Source: an uncultured Planctomycetota bacterium (GTDB taxonomy: Bacteria > Planctomycetota > PLA2 > JAEUHO01). Taken from it: a DNA stretch of 64,000 bases. Positions within the stretch are counted from its first letter, which is position 1, and each line of letters opens with the position of its first letter. Positions 1 to 10,701 of this stretch are shown here, in pieces. The stretch is taken from NCBI GenBank assembly GCA_963752285.1, contig CAVVXN010000003.1, forward strand, positions 160,001 to 224,000, in the 5' to 3' direction. A program made the translations under genes and the position numbers. Under the pieces are notes generated by a model. That model did not search any database. It saw only the letters and a program-made list of their open reading frames with translations, and was not told the DNA's origin.

Positions 1-1
1 G

Positions 2-3000
2 CGGCTCGGCTGTCTCGAGGACGTGGGCCTCGGTTACCTCACCCTCGACCGGCAGGCGCGCACGCTCTCCGGCGGCGAGGTCCAGCGGGTCAACCTGACC
101 GCCGCGATCGGCACGAACCTCGTGGGCACGCTCTTCGTGCTCGACGAGCCCTCGGTCGGCCTCCACCCCCGCGACAACGACCGGCTCGTCAAGATGCTCC
201 GCCGTCTCGTGCAGCGGGGGAACACGGTGGTGGTCGTCGAGCACGACCCCGTGATCCTCGCGGCCGCCGACTACGTGATCGACCTCGGGCCGGGCGCCGG
301 CGAGCGCGGTGGCGAGATCGTCGCCGCGGGGACGCCCGCCGAGGTGGCCCGCTCCCCGGCGTCGCTGACCGGCGCGTACCTGTCCGGGCGGCGGCGCGTC
401 ACGGCGCCGCGACGCGAGGTCCGACCCGCCCGGGCACCCCAGGTGGGCGTGCGGGGCGCGCGCGCCCACAACCTGAGGTCGGTGGACCTCCTCCTGTGCC
501 CGGGCGACCTCACCGTGCTCTCGGGCGTCTCCGGGAGCGGCAAGTCGAGCCTCGCCCACGACGTCCTCTACCTCGCGATGGCCCGCGCGCTCGGCCGTCC
601 GGAGGGAACGCCGGGTGCGCACGACGCCGTGGTCGGCGCCCGTCACCTCGACGACGTCGTCCTCGTGGACCAGGCGGCGATCCAGCGCTCACGTCGCGCG
701 AACGTCGCGACGTGGATGGGCGCGTGGGACGGCGTGCGCCTCCTCTTCGGGCGGTCCGCGGTCGCGAAGGCGCGCGGCTTCACCCCCTCGACGTTCTCGT
801 TCAACGTGGCGGGCGGCCGTTGCGAGCGCTGCCAGGGCGAGGGCGTCGAGCGGATCGAGATGCAGTTCCTCTCGGACGTCGAGGTCTCGTGTCCCGACTG
901 CGGAGGGACCCGCTTCCGCCCCGAGGTCCGCGAGGTGCGCGTGGACGGCCTCGACATCGCCGGCGCCCTGCGCCTCACCGCGTCGGAGGCGGCGGCCCGG
1001 TTCGCCGGCGAGCGCAAGATCGCGAACGCGCTGCGCCCGCTCGTGGAGGTGGGCCTCGGCTACCTCCGTCTGGGGCAGTCGCTCGCGACGCTCTCGAGCG
1101 GCGAGGCCCAGCGCCTGCGCCTCGCCCTCGCGCTCTCCGCCGAGGCGGGGAAGGCGCGGCGCCTCTGGATCTTCGACGAGCCGACGACCGGCCTGCACCT
1201 GGACGACGTGCAGGTGCTCGTGCGCGCGCTCCGCCGCCTCGCCGACCAGGGAGACGCCGTGCTCGTCGTGGAGCACCACGTGGACGTGCTCCGCGCGGCG
1301 GACCGCGTGGTGGACCTCGGCCCGGAGGGCGGTCCGGACGGCGGCCGGGTCGTGGCGGACGGGACGCCCGGCGAGGTCGCCCGGGGCGAGGGCCACACGG
1401 CCCGCTTCCTCCGCGAGGCGCCGCCGCCCGCCAAGCCCGACGAGGGCGAGGCGCACGTGAGGGCGCCCGACGCGATCGAGATCCGCGGTGCGCGCGAGCA
1501 CAACCTGAACGACGTGGACGTCCGCCTGCCCCTCGGGCGCTTCGTGGTGGTCACCGGCCCCAGCGGCTCCGGGAAGTCCACGCTCGCGTTCGACCTCGTG
1601 TTCGCGGAGGGACAGCGCCGGTACATCGAGACGCTCTCGGCCTACGCGCGCCAGTTCGTGGGCCAGCTCGCGCGCCCGGACGTGGACCACGTAGAGGGCA
1701 TCCCCCCGACGGTCGCGATCGAGCAGCGGCGCACGCGCGGGGGCCGGCGGTCCACCGTCGCGACGATCACCGAGGTCGCGCACTTCCTCCGGCTGCTCTT
1801 CGCGCGCGCCGGGCTCCCGCACTGCCCGGCCTGCGACCGGCCCCTCGAGGCCCTCGCGCCCGAGACGGTGTACGACCGCGTGGTGACGGAGCAGGCGGGG
1901 CGCACGGTCCGCGTCCTCGCGCCCGTCGTGCTCGGGCGGAAGGGCTTCCACAGGGACGTGTTCCTCCGCCTCGCCCAGGCCGGCCTCGCCGAGGCGCGCG
2001 CGGACGGCCGCCTCGTCCGGACGGACCCCCCGCCGTCCCTCGCCCGGTACCAGGAGCACGACGTCGAGGCGGTCGTGGGGACGGTCGAGATCGGGCGGAC
2101 GCCGCCCGGCGAGGTGCGCCGCGTCCTCGACCGCGCGCTCGACCTCGGGCACGGCGCGCTCGTCCTCTTGGACGACACCGGCCGCGACCGCCTGCTCTCG
2201 ATCGAGCGCACGTGTCCGCGCGACGGACGGACGGTGCCCGAGCTGGACCCGCGCTTCTTCAGCCACAACAGTCACCGCGGTTGGTGCCCCGCCTGCCGGG
2301 GCCTCGGCGTGCGCGCCGCCGTGGACCCCGCGCTGCTGCCGGTGGAGGAGGAGCTCTCGGTCAAGGCCGGCGCGCTCCCGGCCCTCGGGATCGACGGCGA
2401 GCTCCACCGCGCGTTCGTGCGCGACGCGAAGGCCCGCGCGGGCGTGGACGTGAACGCGCCCTGGCGCGACCTCCCCGCGGCCGCCCGGCGGCGGCTGCTG
2501 CACGGCGGCCGGGGGTTCGCCGGCGCCGCCGAGCGGCTCGAGGCCTGGCTCGAGGGCGCCGCGCAGGACCTCGTCGCCGTGGACTGGTTCGGACGCTACG
2601 CGACGCACCGGCCGTGCGCGACGTGCGGCGGGTCGCGCCTCCGGCCGGAGGCGCGCGCGGTCCGCGTGGGCGGCCGTTCTCTCCCCGAGCTCCTCGCGCT
2701 GCCGGTCGAGCGCTTCACGAGCGCGATCGAGGACCTGGAGCTCGAGGGGCGCGACGCGGCCGTCGCGCGCCCGATCGTGGCCGAGATCCGCGAGCGCGTC
2801 GCGTTCCTCGACGGCCTCGGGCTCGGGTACCTCGCCCTCGACCGGAGCGCGACGACGCTCTCGGGCGGCGAGATGCAGCGCATCCGCCTCGCGGCGCAGC
2901 TCGGGAGCAACCTCCGCGGCGTGTGCTACGTGCTCGACGAGCCCACCATCGGGCTCCACGCGCGCGACAACGATCGTCTGCTCGACGCGCTGGAAGACCT

Positions 3001-4255
3001 GCGCCGGCGCGGGAACTCGCTCCTGGTCGTGGAGCACGACGTGGACACGATCCGTCGCGCCGACCTCGTCGTGGACCTCGGCCCGGGTGGCGGGCGCCGG
3101 GGCGGCCGCGTCGTGGCGACCGGAACCCCGGACGAGCTCGCGAAGAACCCCGCCTCGCCGACCGGGCGCGTGCTCGCGCGCCCGGCCCCGAGCCCGCCGC
3201 CGCCGCGCGGCGCGGCCGAGGCGAAGCTCGAGGTGCTCGGGGCGCGGCTCCACAACCTCGACGACCTCGACGTCGCGTTCCCGCTCGGACGCCTCGTGGC
3301 CGTCACCGGCGTCTCGGGCTCGGGCAAGTCCACGCTCGTCCGGGAGGTCCTCTACGCGGGCGTCCGCCACCGGCTGGACGGCGACCGCGGCCGGTTCGCG
3401 ACCTGCCGCGAGATCCGCGGCGTGGCGCACCTCGGCCGCGCGCTCGAGGTGGACGCGACGCCCGTCGGCAAGACGCCGCGCTCCGTGCCGGCCACGTACC
3501 TCGGGATCTGGGACGAGATCCGGCGCGCGCTGGCGCGCACGCGCGAGGCGCGCGCGCGGGGCTACGGACCGGGGCGCTTCTCCTTCAACGTGAAACAGGG
3601 CCGCTGCCCGGAGTGCGAGGGGAAGGGCCGCATCACCGTCGAGATGTCGTTCCTCCCCGACGTGGAGGTCCCCTGCGAGCGGTGCCGCGGCCGGCGGTTC
3701 GACGAGGAGACGCTCGAGGTCACGTGGCGGGGCCACCACGCCGCCGCCCTCCTCGACCTCACGTTCGCCGAGGCGGCCGAGGTCTTTCGGGACTTCCCCC
3801 GCGTGGCGCCGTTCGTCGAGCTGATGAACGAGGTCGGCCTCGGGTACCTCACGCTCGGACAGCCCTCGACGACCCTCTCCGGCGGGGAGGCGCAGCGGCT
3901 GAAGCTGGTCACCGAGCTCGGACGAACCACGCGCGCGGGCGCCACGCTGTACGTGCTCGACGAGCCGACGATCGGCCTGCACGGCGAGGACGTGGACCGA
4001 CTGCTCCGCGTGCTCCGGCGTCTGGTGGACCGCGGCGACACGGTCGTGGTGATCGAGCACGACCTCGACCTCGTGGCGCAGGTCGATCACGTGATCGACC
4101 TCGGCCCCGAGGGCGGCGAACGCGGAGGCCGCGTCGTGGCCGCGGGCACGCCGCGCCAGATCGCCCGCGCCCGGCGCGCGAGCCACACCGGTCGCGCGCT
4201 CGCGAAACGCCTCGCCGTCCGACGACCGCGTCGGGAGGAGCCGGTCCGTGTCTGA
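2..4255 (+). CDS. uvrA: Excinuclease ABC subunit A, double-length form (5' partial)
   Basis: Frame is open from the window edge. It has three Walker A motifs (GVSGSGKS, GPSGSGKS, GVSGSGKS), four LSGGE-type signature/DEP motifs and CxxC zinc fingers (RCERC..CPDC, RCPEC..CERC). A second complete UvrA unit begins at IEIRGAREHNL (about 1470). Confidence 0.95.
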   Translation, partial: RLGCLEDVGLGYLTLDRQARTLSGGEVQRVNLTAAIGTNLVGTLFVLDEPSVGLHPRDNDRLVKMLRRLVQRGNTVVVVEHDPVILAAADYVIDLGPGAGERGGEIVAAGTPAEVARSPASLTGAYLSGRRRVTAPRREVRPARAPQVGVRGARAHNLRSVDLLLCPGDLTVLSGVSGSGKSSLAHDVLYLAMARALGRPEGTPGAHDAVVGARHLDDVVLVDQAAIQRSRRANVATWMGAWDGVRLLFGRSAVAKARGFTPSTFSFNVAGGRCERCQGEGVERIEMQFLSDVEVSCPDCGGTRFRPEVREVRVDGLDIAGALRLTASEAAARFAGERKIANALRPLVEVGLGYLRLGQSLATLSSGEAQRLRLALALSAEAGKARRLWIFDEPTTGLHLDDVQVLVRALRRLADQGDAVLVVEHHVDVLRAADRVVDLGPEGGPDGGRVVADGTPGEVARGEGHTARFLREAPPPAKPDEGEAHVRAPDAIEIRGAREHNLNDVDVRLPLGRFVVVTGPSGSGKSTLAFDLVFAEGQRRYIETLSAYARQFVGQLARPDVDHVEGIPPTVAIEQRRTRGGRRSTVATITEVAHFLRLLFARAGLPHCPACDRPLEALAPETVYDRVVTEQAGRTVRVLAPVVLGRKGFHRDVFLRLAQAGLAEARADGRLVRTDPPPSLARYQEHDVEAVVGTVEIGRTPPGEVRRVLDRALDLGHGALVLLDDTGRDRLLSIERTCPRDGRTVPELDPRFFSHNSHRGWCPACRGLGVRAAVDPALLPVEEELSVKAGALPALGIDGELHRAFVRDAKARAGVDVNAPWRDLPAAARRRLLHGGRGFAGAAERLEAWLEGAAQDLVAVDWFGRYATHRPCATCGGSRLRPEARAVRVGGRSLPELLALPVERFTSAIEDLELEGRDAAVARPIVAEIRERVAFLDGLGLGYLALDRSATTLSGGEMQRIRLAAQLGSNLRGVCYVLDEPTIGLHARDNDRLLDALEDLRRRGNSLLVVEHDVDTIRRADLVVDLGPGGGRRGGRVVATGTPDELAKNPASPTGRVLARPAPSPPPPRGAAEAKLEVLGARLHNLDDLDVAFPLGRLVAVTGVSGSGKSTLVREVLYAGVRHRLDGDRGRFATCREIRGVAHLGRALEVDATPVGKTPRSVPATYLGIWDEIRRALARTREARARGYGPGRFSFNVKQGRCPECEGKGRITVEMSFLPDVEVPCERCRGRRFDEETLEVTWRGHHAAALLDLTFAEAAEVFRDFPRVAPFVELMNEVGLGYLTLGQPSTTLSGGEAQRLKLVTELGRTTRAGATLYVLDEPTIGLHGEDVDRLLRVLRRLVDRGDTVVVIEHDLDLVAQVDHVIDLGPEGGERGGRVVAAGTPRQIARARRASHTGRALAKRLAVRRPRREEPVRV

Positions 4256-5306
4256 CGCGCTCGCCGCGGCCTTCCGCGCGCTCCCGAAGCCCGACCTGCA
4301 CCTCCACCTGATGGGCGCGCTCCGTCCCGGGACGATCGTGGACCTCGCGCGGCGCGCGGACGCGCCCGTGCGGTCGCGCGCCGAGCGCGCCGTGGCGGAG
4401 GGCTTCGCGTTCCAGGACCTCTCCGCGTTCGTCTCCTTCGTGATCGGGCTCTTCGAGCTCGTCCTCTCCCCCGACGCGTTCGCCCGCGCGGCGTCGGAGG
4501 CGCTCGAGGACGCCGCGCGCGCGGGCGCCCGCCACGTGGAGCTCCGCGTGACCCCGTGGAGCCACCTCGTGCGCGGTGCCGACGAGGCGTCCATGTTCGA
4601 CGCGCTGCTCTCGGCCCGACACGAGGCGGAGCGGCGGCACGACGTCACCTCCCGGATCGTCCTGGACTTCCCGCGCACGCTCGCGCGGTCCGTCGCGGAG
4701 GAGACGCTCGACGTGGCCTTGAGGCGCCGCGGCGCGGGCGTCGTGGCGCTCGACCTCGCGGGCGACGAGCAGGCGATCGCCTTCGAGCCCGCGTTCGAGC
4801 CCGTCTTCGCGCGCGCGCGCGCCGAGGGACTGGCGGTCCTCGCGCACGCCGGCGAGGGGGCCGGGCCCGACAGCGTCGCCGGCGCGCTCGACCGCTACGG
4901 CGCCCGGCGTATCGGCCACGGGACCCGTGCCGTCGAGGACCCGCGCCTCGTGGAGCGCCTCGCGCGGGAGGGGGTGGTCCTCGAGGTGTGCCCGTCCTCG
5001 AACGAGGCCCTCGGGGTCGTCGCCTCCGTCGCCGAGCACCCGGTCCGGCGTCTGATCGCCTCGGGCGTCCCGGTCACCGTCGCCACGGACGACCCGACGC
5101 TGTTCTCGACGGACCTGGTACGGGAGCACGTGCGACTGGTTTGCGAGGCGGCCGTCTCCCCCGACCGTCTGTACGAGGCCGCGGGCCGGGGCTTCGACGC
5201 CGCGATCGTCGAGCCCGGTCCCACGGGGCACGCCCTTCGCGAGCGGCTCGGGGCGCTGGCCGCCTCGGCGCGGGCCTTTGGCGCGTCGGTCGGCCCGCGA
5301 GAATGA
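4248..5306 (+). CDS. add: Adenosine/adenine deaminase family protein
   Basis: Motifs LPKPDLHLHL, AHAGE, RIGHG, EVCPSSN and ATDDP; GTG start overlaps the uvrA end. Confidence 0.88.
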   Translation: MSDALAAAFRALPKPDLHLHLMGALRPGTIVDLARRADAPVRSRAERAVAEGFAFQDLSAFVSFVIGLFELVLSPDAFARAASEALEDAARAGARHVELRVTPWSHLVRGADEASMFDALLSARHEAERRHDVTSRIVLDFPRTLARSVAEETLDVALRRRGAGVVALDLAGDEQAIAFEPAFEPVFARARAEGLAVLAHAGEGAGPDSVAGALDRYGARRIGHGTRAVEDPRLVERLAREGVVLEVCPSSNEALGVVASVAEHPVRRLIASGVPVTVATDDPTLFSTDLVREHVRLVCEAAVSPDRLYEAAGRGFDAAIVEPGPTGHALRERLGALAASARAFGASVGPRE

Positions 5307-6751
5307 GCTCCATGCGCGTCTCGGCCCTGCCGTCCGTCCTCCTGTTGACGCTCCTCCCGCTCGTCGCCACCTGCGGAGGGCGCACGGTCGAGGGCCCTCG
5401 GATCGTCGTCGCGAGCCTGGAGCCGGGCGACCCGCCCGCGGGCCTCGTGCTCGTCCCGCGCGCCGATCCTTCGAGACGCCACCCGCTCGTGGCCGTGCCC
5501 GCCGAGGGCGTGGACGTGTACGCCGCGCCCGGCGCGCCCGACGGCGTCTTCGAGGTGGAGGGTCCGGACGGGTGGACGATGCTCCACCTCGGGAGCTCGC
5601 CGCCGACGATCGCCTCCGACGCCGCCCCGCCCATCGTCCGCATCGGCCGGCGGTACGCGCTGTACGTCGGGACCTCCGTGCACGAGCTGAGGCCGGGACG
5701 CGCCTGGGTGGTCCGGCCCGTGGACGGCGGGCCGGCCGTCTCGCTCGTCGCGGTCCTCGGGAACCAGGGGCGACTCGCGATCCTCCACCTCGACCCCTCC
5801 GTGTGGCACGACGAGGTCTTCCTCTACGGACGGCTCCGCCGCGGCACGTTCGAGCCCCAGGGCGGCGTCGAGGCATCCGACGACGGCCCCCTCGTCGTTC
5901 CCAGCCGCGTCCCCCTGGCCGAGGGCGGCCAGCCCCGCGTGCTCGAGCTCGAGCCGGCCGTCGAGTCGCCGCTCCAGGTGGGGCTGGTGCCCGCGGAGGC
6001 GAGCGCCGTCGTGGACGACCGCCCGGTCACCGTCCGGCTGAGCGACCTGCCGCTGCCGCTCGCGTGGACCGCGCGCAGCCGCGCCGGCATCGCGCTCGTG
6101 CCGTCGGTCCCCGCGCTCGACCGCGCGGTCGAGGTCGAGGTCGAGGGCGTGCCCGCGGTTCGCGTCTCGTCCACGGACCGGCGCACGTTCGAGGCCGTGT
6201 ACGTGCTGGTCCCCGGCGGCGCGGGGACGCGCTTCGTCCGACTCGCGCTCCCCGCGGACGCGCCGCCGGTCGTGCGGATCGAGGCGAGAACCGAGGGCGC
6301 GCCGGCGTACGGGCTCGTGCACCTCGAGGAGCCACCCGCGGACCGAGGCGACGACGGTCGCCCGGAGGTCACGATCACGCTCCCCCGGCGAAGGGCGTCG
6401 GTGCTCGTCGTGTTCGAACGGGCGATCGCGTCGCTCGAGGTCCCGGGCGAGGGCGAAGGACCGTTCGACGTCCCGCCGCCCGACGCGGGCGTGGTGTTCC
6501 AGGGCGCGCTCCCGGCGGTTCGTCCGGGCACGTCGGTCGCCGTGCGGCTCTTCCGCCACGAGGACGGCGCGCGGGTCACCGGAAACGGGCTCACGTTCAC
6601 GGCGGCCGGCGGGAACGAGGTGTCGGGGCGGATCCCGACCGGGACCTACGACGTGGAGGTGGCGACGGACCACGGGACGTGGAGGCGGCCCGGCCCGCTC
6701 GACGCGACGACGGCGGGCTCCCAGATCCACATCCGCCTCCAGGTCCCGTGA
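5303..6751 (+). CDS. Hypothetical exported protein, probable lipoprotein
   Basis: ATGA overlap with the add stop (alternative ATG at 5312). Hydrophobic N-terminus ends in LVATC-GG; the mature part is beta-rich. Confidence 0.7.
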   Translation: MSSMRVSALPSVLLLTLLPLVATCGGRTVEGPRIVVASLEPGDPPAGLVLVPRADPSRRHPLVAVPAEGVDVYAAPGAPDGVFEVEGPDGWTMLHLGSSPPTIASDAAPPIVRIGRRYALYVGTSVHELRPGRAWVVRPVDGGPAVSLVAVLGNQGRLAILHLDPSVWHDEVFLYGRLRRGTFEPQGGVEASDDGPLVVPSRVPLAEGGQPRVLELEPAVESPLQVGLVPAEASAVVDDRPVTVRLSDLPLPLAWTARSRAGIALVPSVPALDRAVEVEVEGVPAVRVSSTDRRTFEAVYVLVPGGAGTRFVRLALPADAPPVVRIEARTEGAPAYGLVHLEEPPADRGDDGRPEVTITLPRRRASVLVVFERAIASLEVPGEGEGPFDVPPPDAGVVFQGALPAVRPGTSVAVRLFRHEDGARVTGNGLTFTAAGGNEVSGRIPTGTYDVEVATDHGTWRRPGPLDATTAGSQIHIRLQVP

Positions 6752-6861
6752 GGCCCCGGAAGGCGTTCGAACGCGCCCCGTGCCGGTCGCATTGACCGCG
6801 CCCCGCGAGCGCCGTACGGTCGCGGCGGCGCCCGCGGGGGAACGGCGCCCGAGGAGCGGTC

Positions 6862-7494
6862 ATGGCCGACCCGGGACGGGATTCGAGGTCCGAGGGGCGC
6901 CGCCTCGTGTCGCGACGCGCGCTGATGAAGGGCGCCGGGCTCGTCGCGGCGACGGGCGCGCTCTCCCGGTCGATCGGCGCCTTCGCCGACGAGGCGAACG
7001 CGCGCGTGCCGAGCCAGGGGCCCGGTGCGGTCACGGTGAAGCTCCGCCTGAACGGGAAGGAACGCTCCTTCCTCGCGGAGCCCCGGCGCACGCTCCTCGA
7101 CGCCCTCCGGCTCCCGCCGCTCGGCCTGACGGGCGCGAAGCCCGTGTGCGAGCGTGGCACCTGCGGCGCGTGCACGGTCTGGCTCGACGGAAAGACGGTG
7201 TACGCGTGCAGCGTGCTCGCCGTGGAGGCCGAGGGCCGCGAGGTGGTCACGGTCGAGGGCCTGGGGACGCCGGACGCGCCGCACGCGGTCCAGACGGCCT
7301 TCGTCGCCGAGGACGCCGCGCAGTGCGGGTTCTGCACGCCCGGCATGGTGATGTCCGCCGCGTGGGCGCTGGGGGCGCACGGCCGCTCCCTCACCCCCGG
7401 TCAGGCGCGCGCCGCGACGGCCGGCAACCTCTGTCGCTGCGGCACCCACCCGCACGTCGTACGCGCGGCCCTCCGCGCGGCGAAGGAGGCGTGA
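6862..7494 (+). CDS. (2Fe-2S)-binding subunit of xanthine dehydrogenase/aldehyde oxidoreductase family (PaoA/YagT-like) with Tat signal
   Basis: CERGTCGACTV, QCGFCTPG and GNLCRCG motifs; twin-arginine motif SRRALMKGAG; GAGGAG RBS. Confidence 0.93.
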   Translation: MADPGRDSRSEGRRLVSRRALMKGAGLVAATGALSRSIGAFADEANARVPSQGPGAVTVKLRLNGKERSFLAEPRRTLLDALRLPPLGLTGAKPVCERGTCGACTVWLDGKTVYACSVLAVEAEGREVVTVEGLGTPDAPHAVQTAFVAEDAAQCGFCTPGMVMSAAWALGAHGRSLTPGQARAATAGNLCRCGTHPHVVRAALRAAKEA

Positions 7495-7495
7495 G

Positions 7496-9697
7496 ATGGG
7501 CCGGCGCGTGACGTTCAAGGCGGGCATCGACGGGGCCGAGAAGGACCTCACGGTCGAGATCGACGAGCTGGACGCGCCGCCGTGGGGGCTCGACGCACGG
7601 CTCCGCGTCGTCGGCACCGACGTGCCGCGGCTCGACGGCCTCGTGAAGGCGACCGGGGCCGCGAGGTACACGATGGACGCGTACCCCGAGCGGATGGCCT
7701 GGGCCGGGTTCGTCGTCTCGCCGCACGCGCACGCGAAGGTCGTGTCGGTGGACGCCGCGCCCGCGCGCGCGCTCGCCGGCGTGCTCTCGGTCCGGACCTT
7801 CGAGGGCCGCGAGGTGACGTACGCGGGCCAGATCGTCGCGGCCGTGGCGGCGGAGTCACGCGAGGTCCTCGATGACGCGCTCCATGCGATCGGGGTGACG
7901 TACGACGTGCTCCCGCACGCCGTCACGGTGGACGACGCCCTGAAGGAGGGCGCGCCGAAGGTGAGCCCGGGCGACCTCGCCTGGGACGACCGCATGAGCC
8001 GGGACCCCGAGAAGGCCGACGAGGCCCTCGCCGCCGCCGAGGTCGTGGTGGAGGGGGAGTGGCGGACCCAGATCCAGACGCACTCCTGCCTCGAGCCGCA
8101 CGGCGTCGTCTGCCGCGTGGACGGAGACGGCGGAGCGACGGTGTGGGCCTCGACCCAGGCGACGGGGTCGTACGGCGGGCTCGCCTCCCACCTCGGCGTC
8201 CCGGCGGGCCGGCTCCGCGTCCTGACGCCGCACATGGGCGGCGGGTTCGGGTCGAAGTTCGGCTTCCAGGAGTGGGACACGATCACCGCGGCCTTCGCGA
8301 AGGAGCTCGGGCGTCCCGTGCACGGCATGCTGCCGCGCCGTGAGGAGCACCTCGTGGGCGGCAACCGCCCCGACTCGATCCAACGCCTGAAGCTCGGCGG
8401 CACGAAGGACGGGACGCTCCAAGTGCTCGTCGGCGAGACCACGGGCACCGCGGGCAACGGCACGGGCGGCGCGGGGTGCGCGAACACGCGCGTGTACCGG
8501 ATCCCGATCATCCGGATGCGCCAGGCGACCGTGCCGACGTTCACGATGCGCGGCGTGGCGTTCCGCGCGCCCGGGCACCCGCAGGGCGTGTTCGCGCTGG
8601 AGGGCGCGATCGAGCGCTACGCGACGACGGCCGGGCTCGACCCGCTGGCCGTGCGGATGAAGAACGATCCGCATCCCGTCCGCCGGGCAGAGTGGCGGAT
8701 CGGCGCCGAGCGGTTCGGGTGGTCGGAGGCGCGGAAGCGCTGGCCCGGGAAGGGCGACGGCCCCGTGCGCCGCGGCGTCGGCTGTGCCGCCGGCCTCTGG
8801 TACCAGGCCGGAGGCGGGCGCTGGCGCGTGGACGTCCGCGTCGGCCGCGACGGCACGGTCACGCTGATGAACGGCGCGCAGGACATCGGGACCGGGACCC
8901 GCACCCTGCTCGCGATCCTCGCCGCCGAAGAGCTCGGCATCGCGCCCTCGCGCGTGGACGTGCGGATCGGCGACACCACGTACCCGCCCGGACCGGGAAG
9001 CGGCGGGAGCACGACGGCTCCCTCGCTCGGCCCGGCCGCGCGCGAGGCGGGGCTCCGCGCCCGCGAGGGACTCGCGAAGAAGCTGGCCGAGACGTGGGGC
9101 GTCGGCGCGGGCGACGTGACGCTCGCGGACGGCGGCTTCGCGGGCCCCGGCGGCGAGAAGGCGACGTTCGAGGAGGCGTGCGGTCTCCTCGGCGACGAGG
9201 GGCTCCAGGTGTTCGGTGAGCGGCGTCCGAACTACGAGGGGTACGACCACGAGACCGCGGGCTGCCAGCTCGCGCGCGTCGCGGTCGACACCGAGACCGG
9301 CGTGATCCGCGTCGAGAAGGTCGTGGCGGTGCACGACTGCGGGCGTGTCGTAGACGCCCTGACCGCGCGGAGCCAGGTGAACGGCGGCGTGATCCAGGGC
9401 GTCTCATACGCGCTCTACGAGGAGCGTCGCCTCGATCCCTACACGGGCGACATGGTGAACGCGACGCTCGACACGTACAAGATCGCGGGCATGGAGGACG
9501 TGCCCGAGATCGACGCGGTCCTGACGTCCGTCGCGAGCGGCTTCAACAACGCCGGCATGATGGGCCTCGGCGAGCCGGTCACCGTGCCGACCGCGGCGGC
9601 GATCGCGAACGCGGTCTACCACGCGCTGGGCGTGCAGGTCACGGAGCTCCCGATGACGCCCGCGCGCGTCCTCGCGGCGCTGGGGAGGGTCGGATGA
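7496..9697 (+). CDS. Molybdopterin-binding subunit, xanthine dehydrogenase family (PaoC/YagR-like)
   Basis: HSCLEPH, MGGGFGSK, FRAPG, QDIGTG, GSGGS and GLGEP (catalytic Glu) motifs. Confidence 0.93.
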   Translation: MGRRVTFKAGIDGAEKDLTVEIDELDAPPWGLDARLRVVGTDVPRLDGLVKATGAARYTMDAYPERMAWAGFVVSPHAHAKVVSVDAAPARALAGVLSVRTFEGREVTYAGQIVAAVAAESREVLDDALHAIGVTYDVLPHAVTVDDALKEGAPKVSPGDLAWDDRMSRDPEKADEALAAAEVVVEGEWRTQIQTHSCLEPHGVVCRVDGDGGATVWASTQATGSYGGLASHLGVPAGRLRVLTPHMGGGFGSKFGFQEWDTITAAFAKELGRPVHGMLPRREEHLVGGNRPDSIQRLKLGGTKDGTLQVLVGETTGTAGNGTGGAGCANTRVYRIPIIRMRQATVPTFTMRGVAFRAPGHPQGVFALEGAIERYATTAGLDPLAVRMKNDPHPVRRAEWRIGAERFGWSEARKRWPGKGDGPVRRGVGCAAGLWYQAGGGRWRVDVRVGRDGTVTLMNGAQDIGTGTRTLLAILAAEELGIAPSRVDVRIGDTTYPPGPGSGGSTTAPSLGPAAREAGLRAREGLAKKLAETWGVGAGDVTLADGGFAGPGGEKATFEEACGLLGDEGLQVFGERRPNYEGYDHETAGCQLARVAVDTETGVIRVEKVVAVHDCGRVVDALTARSQVNGGVIQGVSYALYEERRLDPYTGDMVNATLDTYKIAGMEDVPEIDAVLTSVASGFNNAGMMGLGEPVTVPTAAAIANAVYHALGVQVTELPMTPARVLAALGRVG

Positions 9698-10701
9698 AGG
9701 CGTTCCGATACGACCGTCCGAAGACCCTGTCGGCCGCGGTGGAGGCGCTCGGGGGCTCCGGCGACGCGGTGCTCCACGCGGGGGGGACCGACCTCCTCGG
9801 ACGCATGAAGGAGCGCCTCGTCGAGCCCGCGCGTCTCGTGGCGCTCCTCGACGTCGAGGGGGACCTTCGGGACGTGCGCGCCGAGGGCGCGGGTCTCTGG
9901 ATCGGGGCCCTCGCGACGCTCGACGACCTCGCGCGCTCGGACGTCGTGAAGGAGCGGGCCCCGAGCCTCGGGGAGGCGGCGGCCGCCGCCGCGAGCCCCC
10001 AGATCCGCCACCGCGCGACGATCGCCGGGAACCTCGCGCAGCACACCCGCTGCGGCTATTACCGGTTCGCGTCGTCGCCGTGCTTCCGGCGCGGTGCGAC
10101 GTTCTGCTCGACGCGGCGCGACGGCGCGGTACAGGAAGTCGCGGGCGTCTTCGCGAACGAGACGTGCGCCTCGGCGCACCCGTCGAGCGTCGCGCCGGTG
10201 CTCTGTGCGCTCGACGCGACCGTGTACGTCGTGACGCCCGCCGCGCCCGACCGTCACGAACCGCATCCGCTCCGGACGCTCTGGCACACGGAGCAGGTGC
10301 GCGGGCGCGCCGAGGACCTCGCGCTCCCCGACGGCGGCGTGATCTCGCACCTCGTCGTCCCCGGCGACGACGTCGGTCGGGGTCAGGTGGACGCGTACGA
10401 GGAGGTCCGCCAGCGCGCGGCGTTCGACTGGGCGCTCGCCTCCTCTGCCGTGCGCCTCGTGCGCGAGGGCGACACGGTGAAGGACGCGTCCGTCTGGCTC
10501 GGTGCCGTCGCGCCGACGCCGTGGCGCGCGACCGGCGCCGAGCAGGCGCTCACGGGACGGGCGTGGTCGAAGGACCTCGCCGGGGACGCGGCGGACGCGG
10601 CCGTCGAGGGCGCGACGCCCCTCGCCGGAACGGCCTACAAGGTCCCGATCGTCCGCGCCGTGGTGCGGCGCGCGATCGAGAAGGCCTGGAGGAGGACGTG
10701 A
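9694..10701 (+). CDS. FAD-binding subunit, xanthine dehydrogenase family (PaoB/YagS-like, with 4Fe-4S insert)
   Basis: AGGTDL and ASPQIRHRATIAGNL motifs; insert RCGYYR..PCFRRG..FC..CASAHPS; ATGA overlap with the upstream gene. Confidence 0.92.
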   Translation: MKAFRYDRPKTLSAAVEALGGSGDAVLHAGGTDLLGRMKERLVEPARLVALLDVEGDLRDVRAEGAGLWIGALATLDDLARSDVVKERAPSLGEAAAAAASPQIRHRATIAGNLAQHTRCGYYRFASSPCFRRGATFCSTRRDGAVQEVAGVFANETCASAHPSSVAPVLCALDATVYVVTPAAPDRHEPHPLRTLWHTEQVRGRAEDLALPDGGVISHLVVPGDDVGRGQVDAYEEVRQRAAFDWALASSAVRLVREGDTVKDASVWLGAVAPTPWRATGAEQALTGRAWSKDLAGDAADAAVEGATPLAGTAYKVPIVRAVVRRAIEKAWRRT

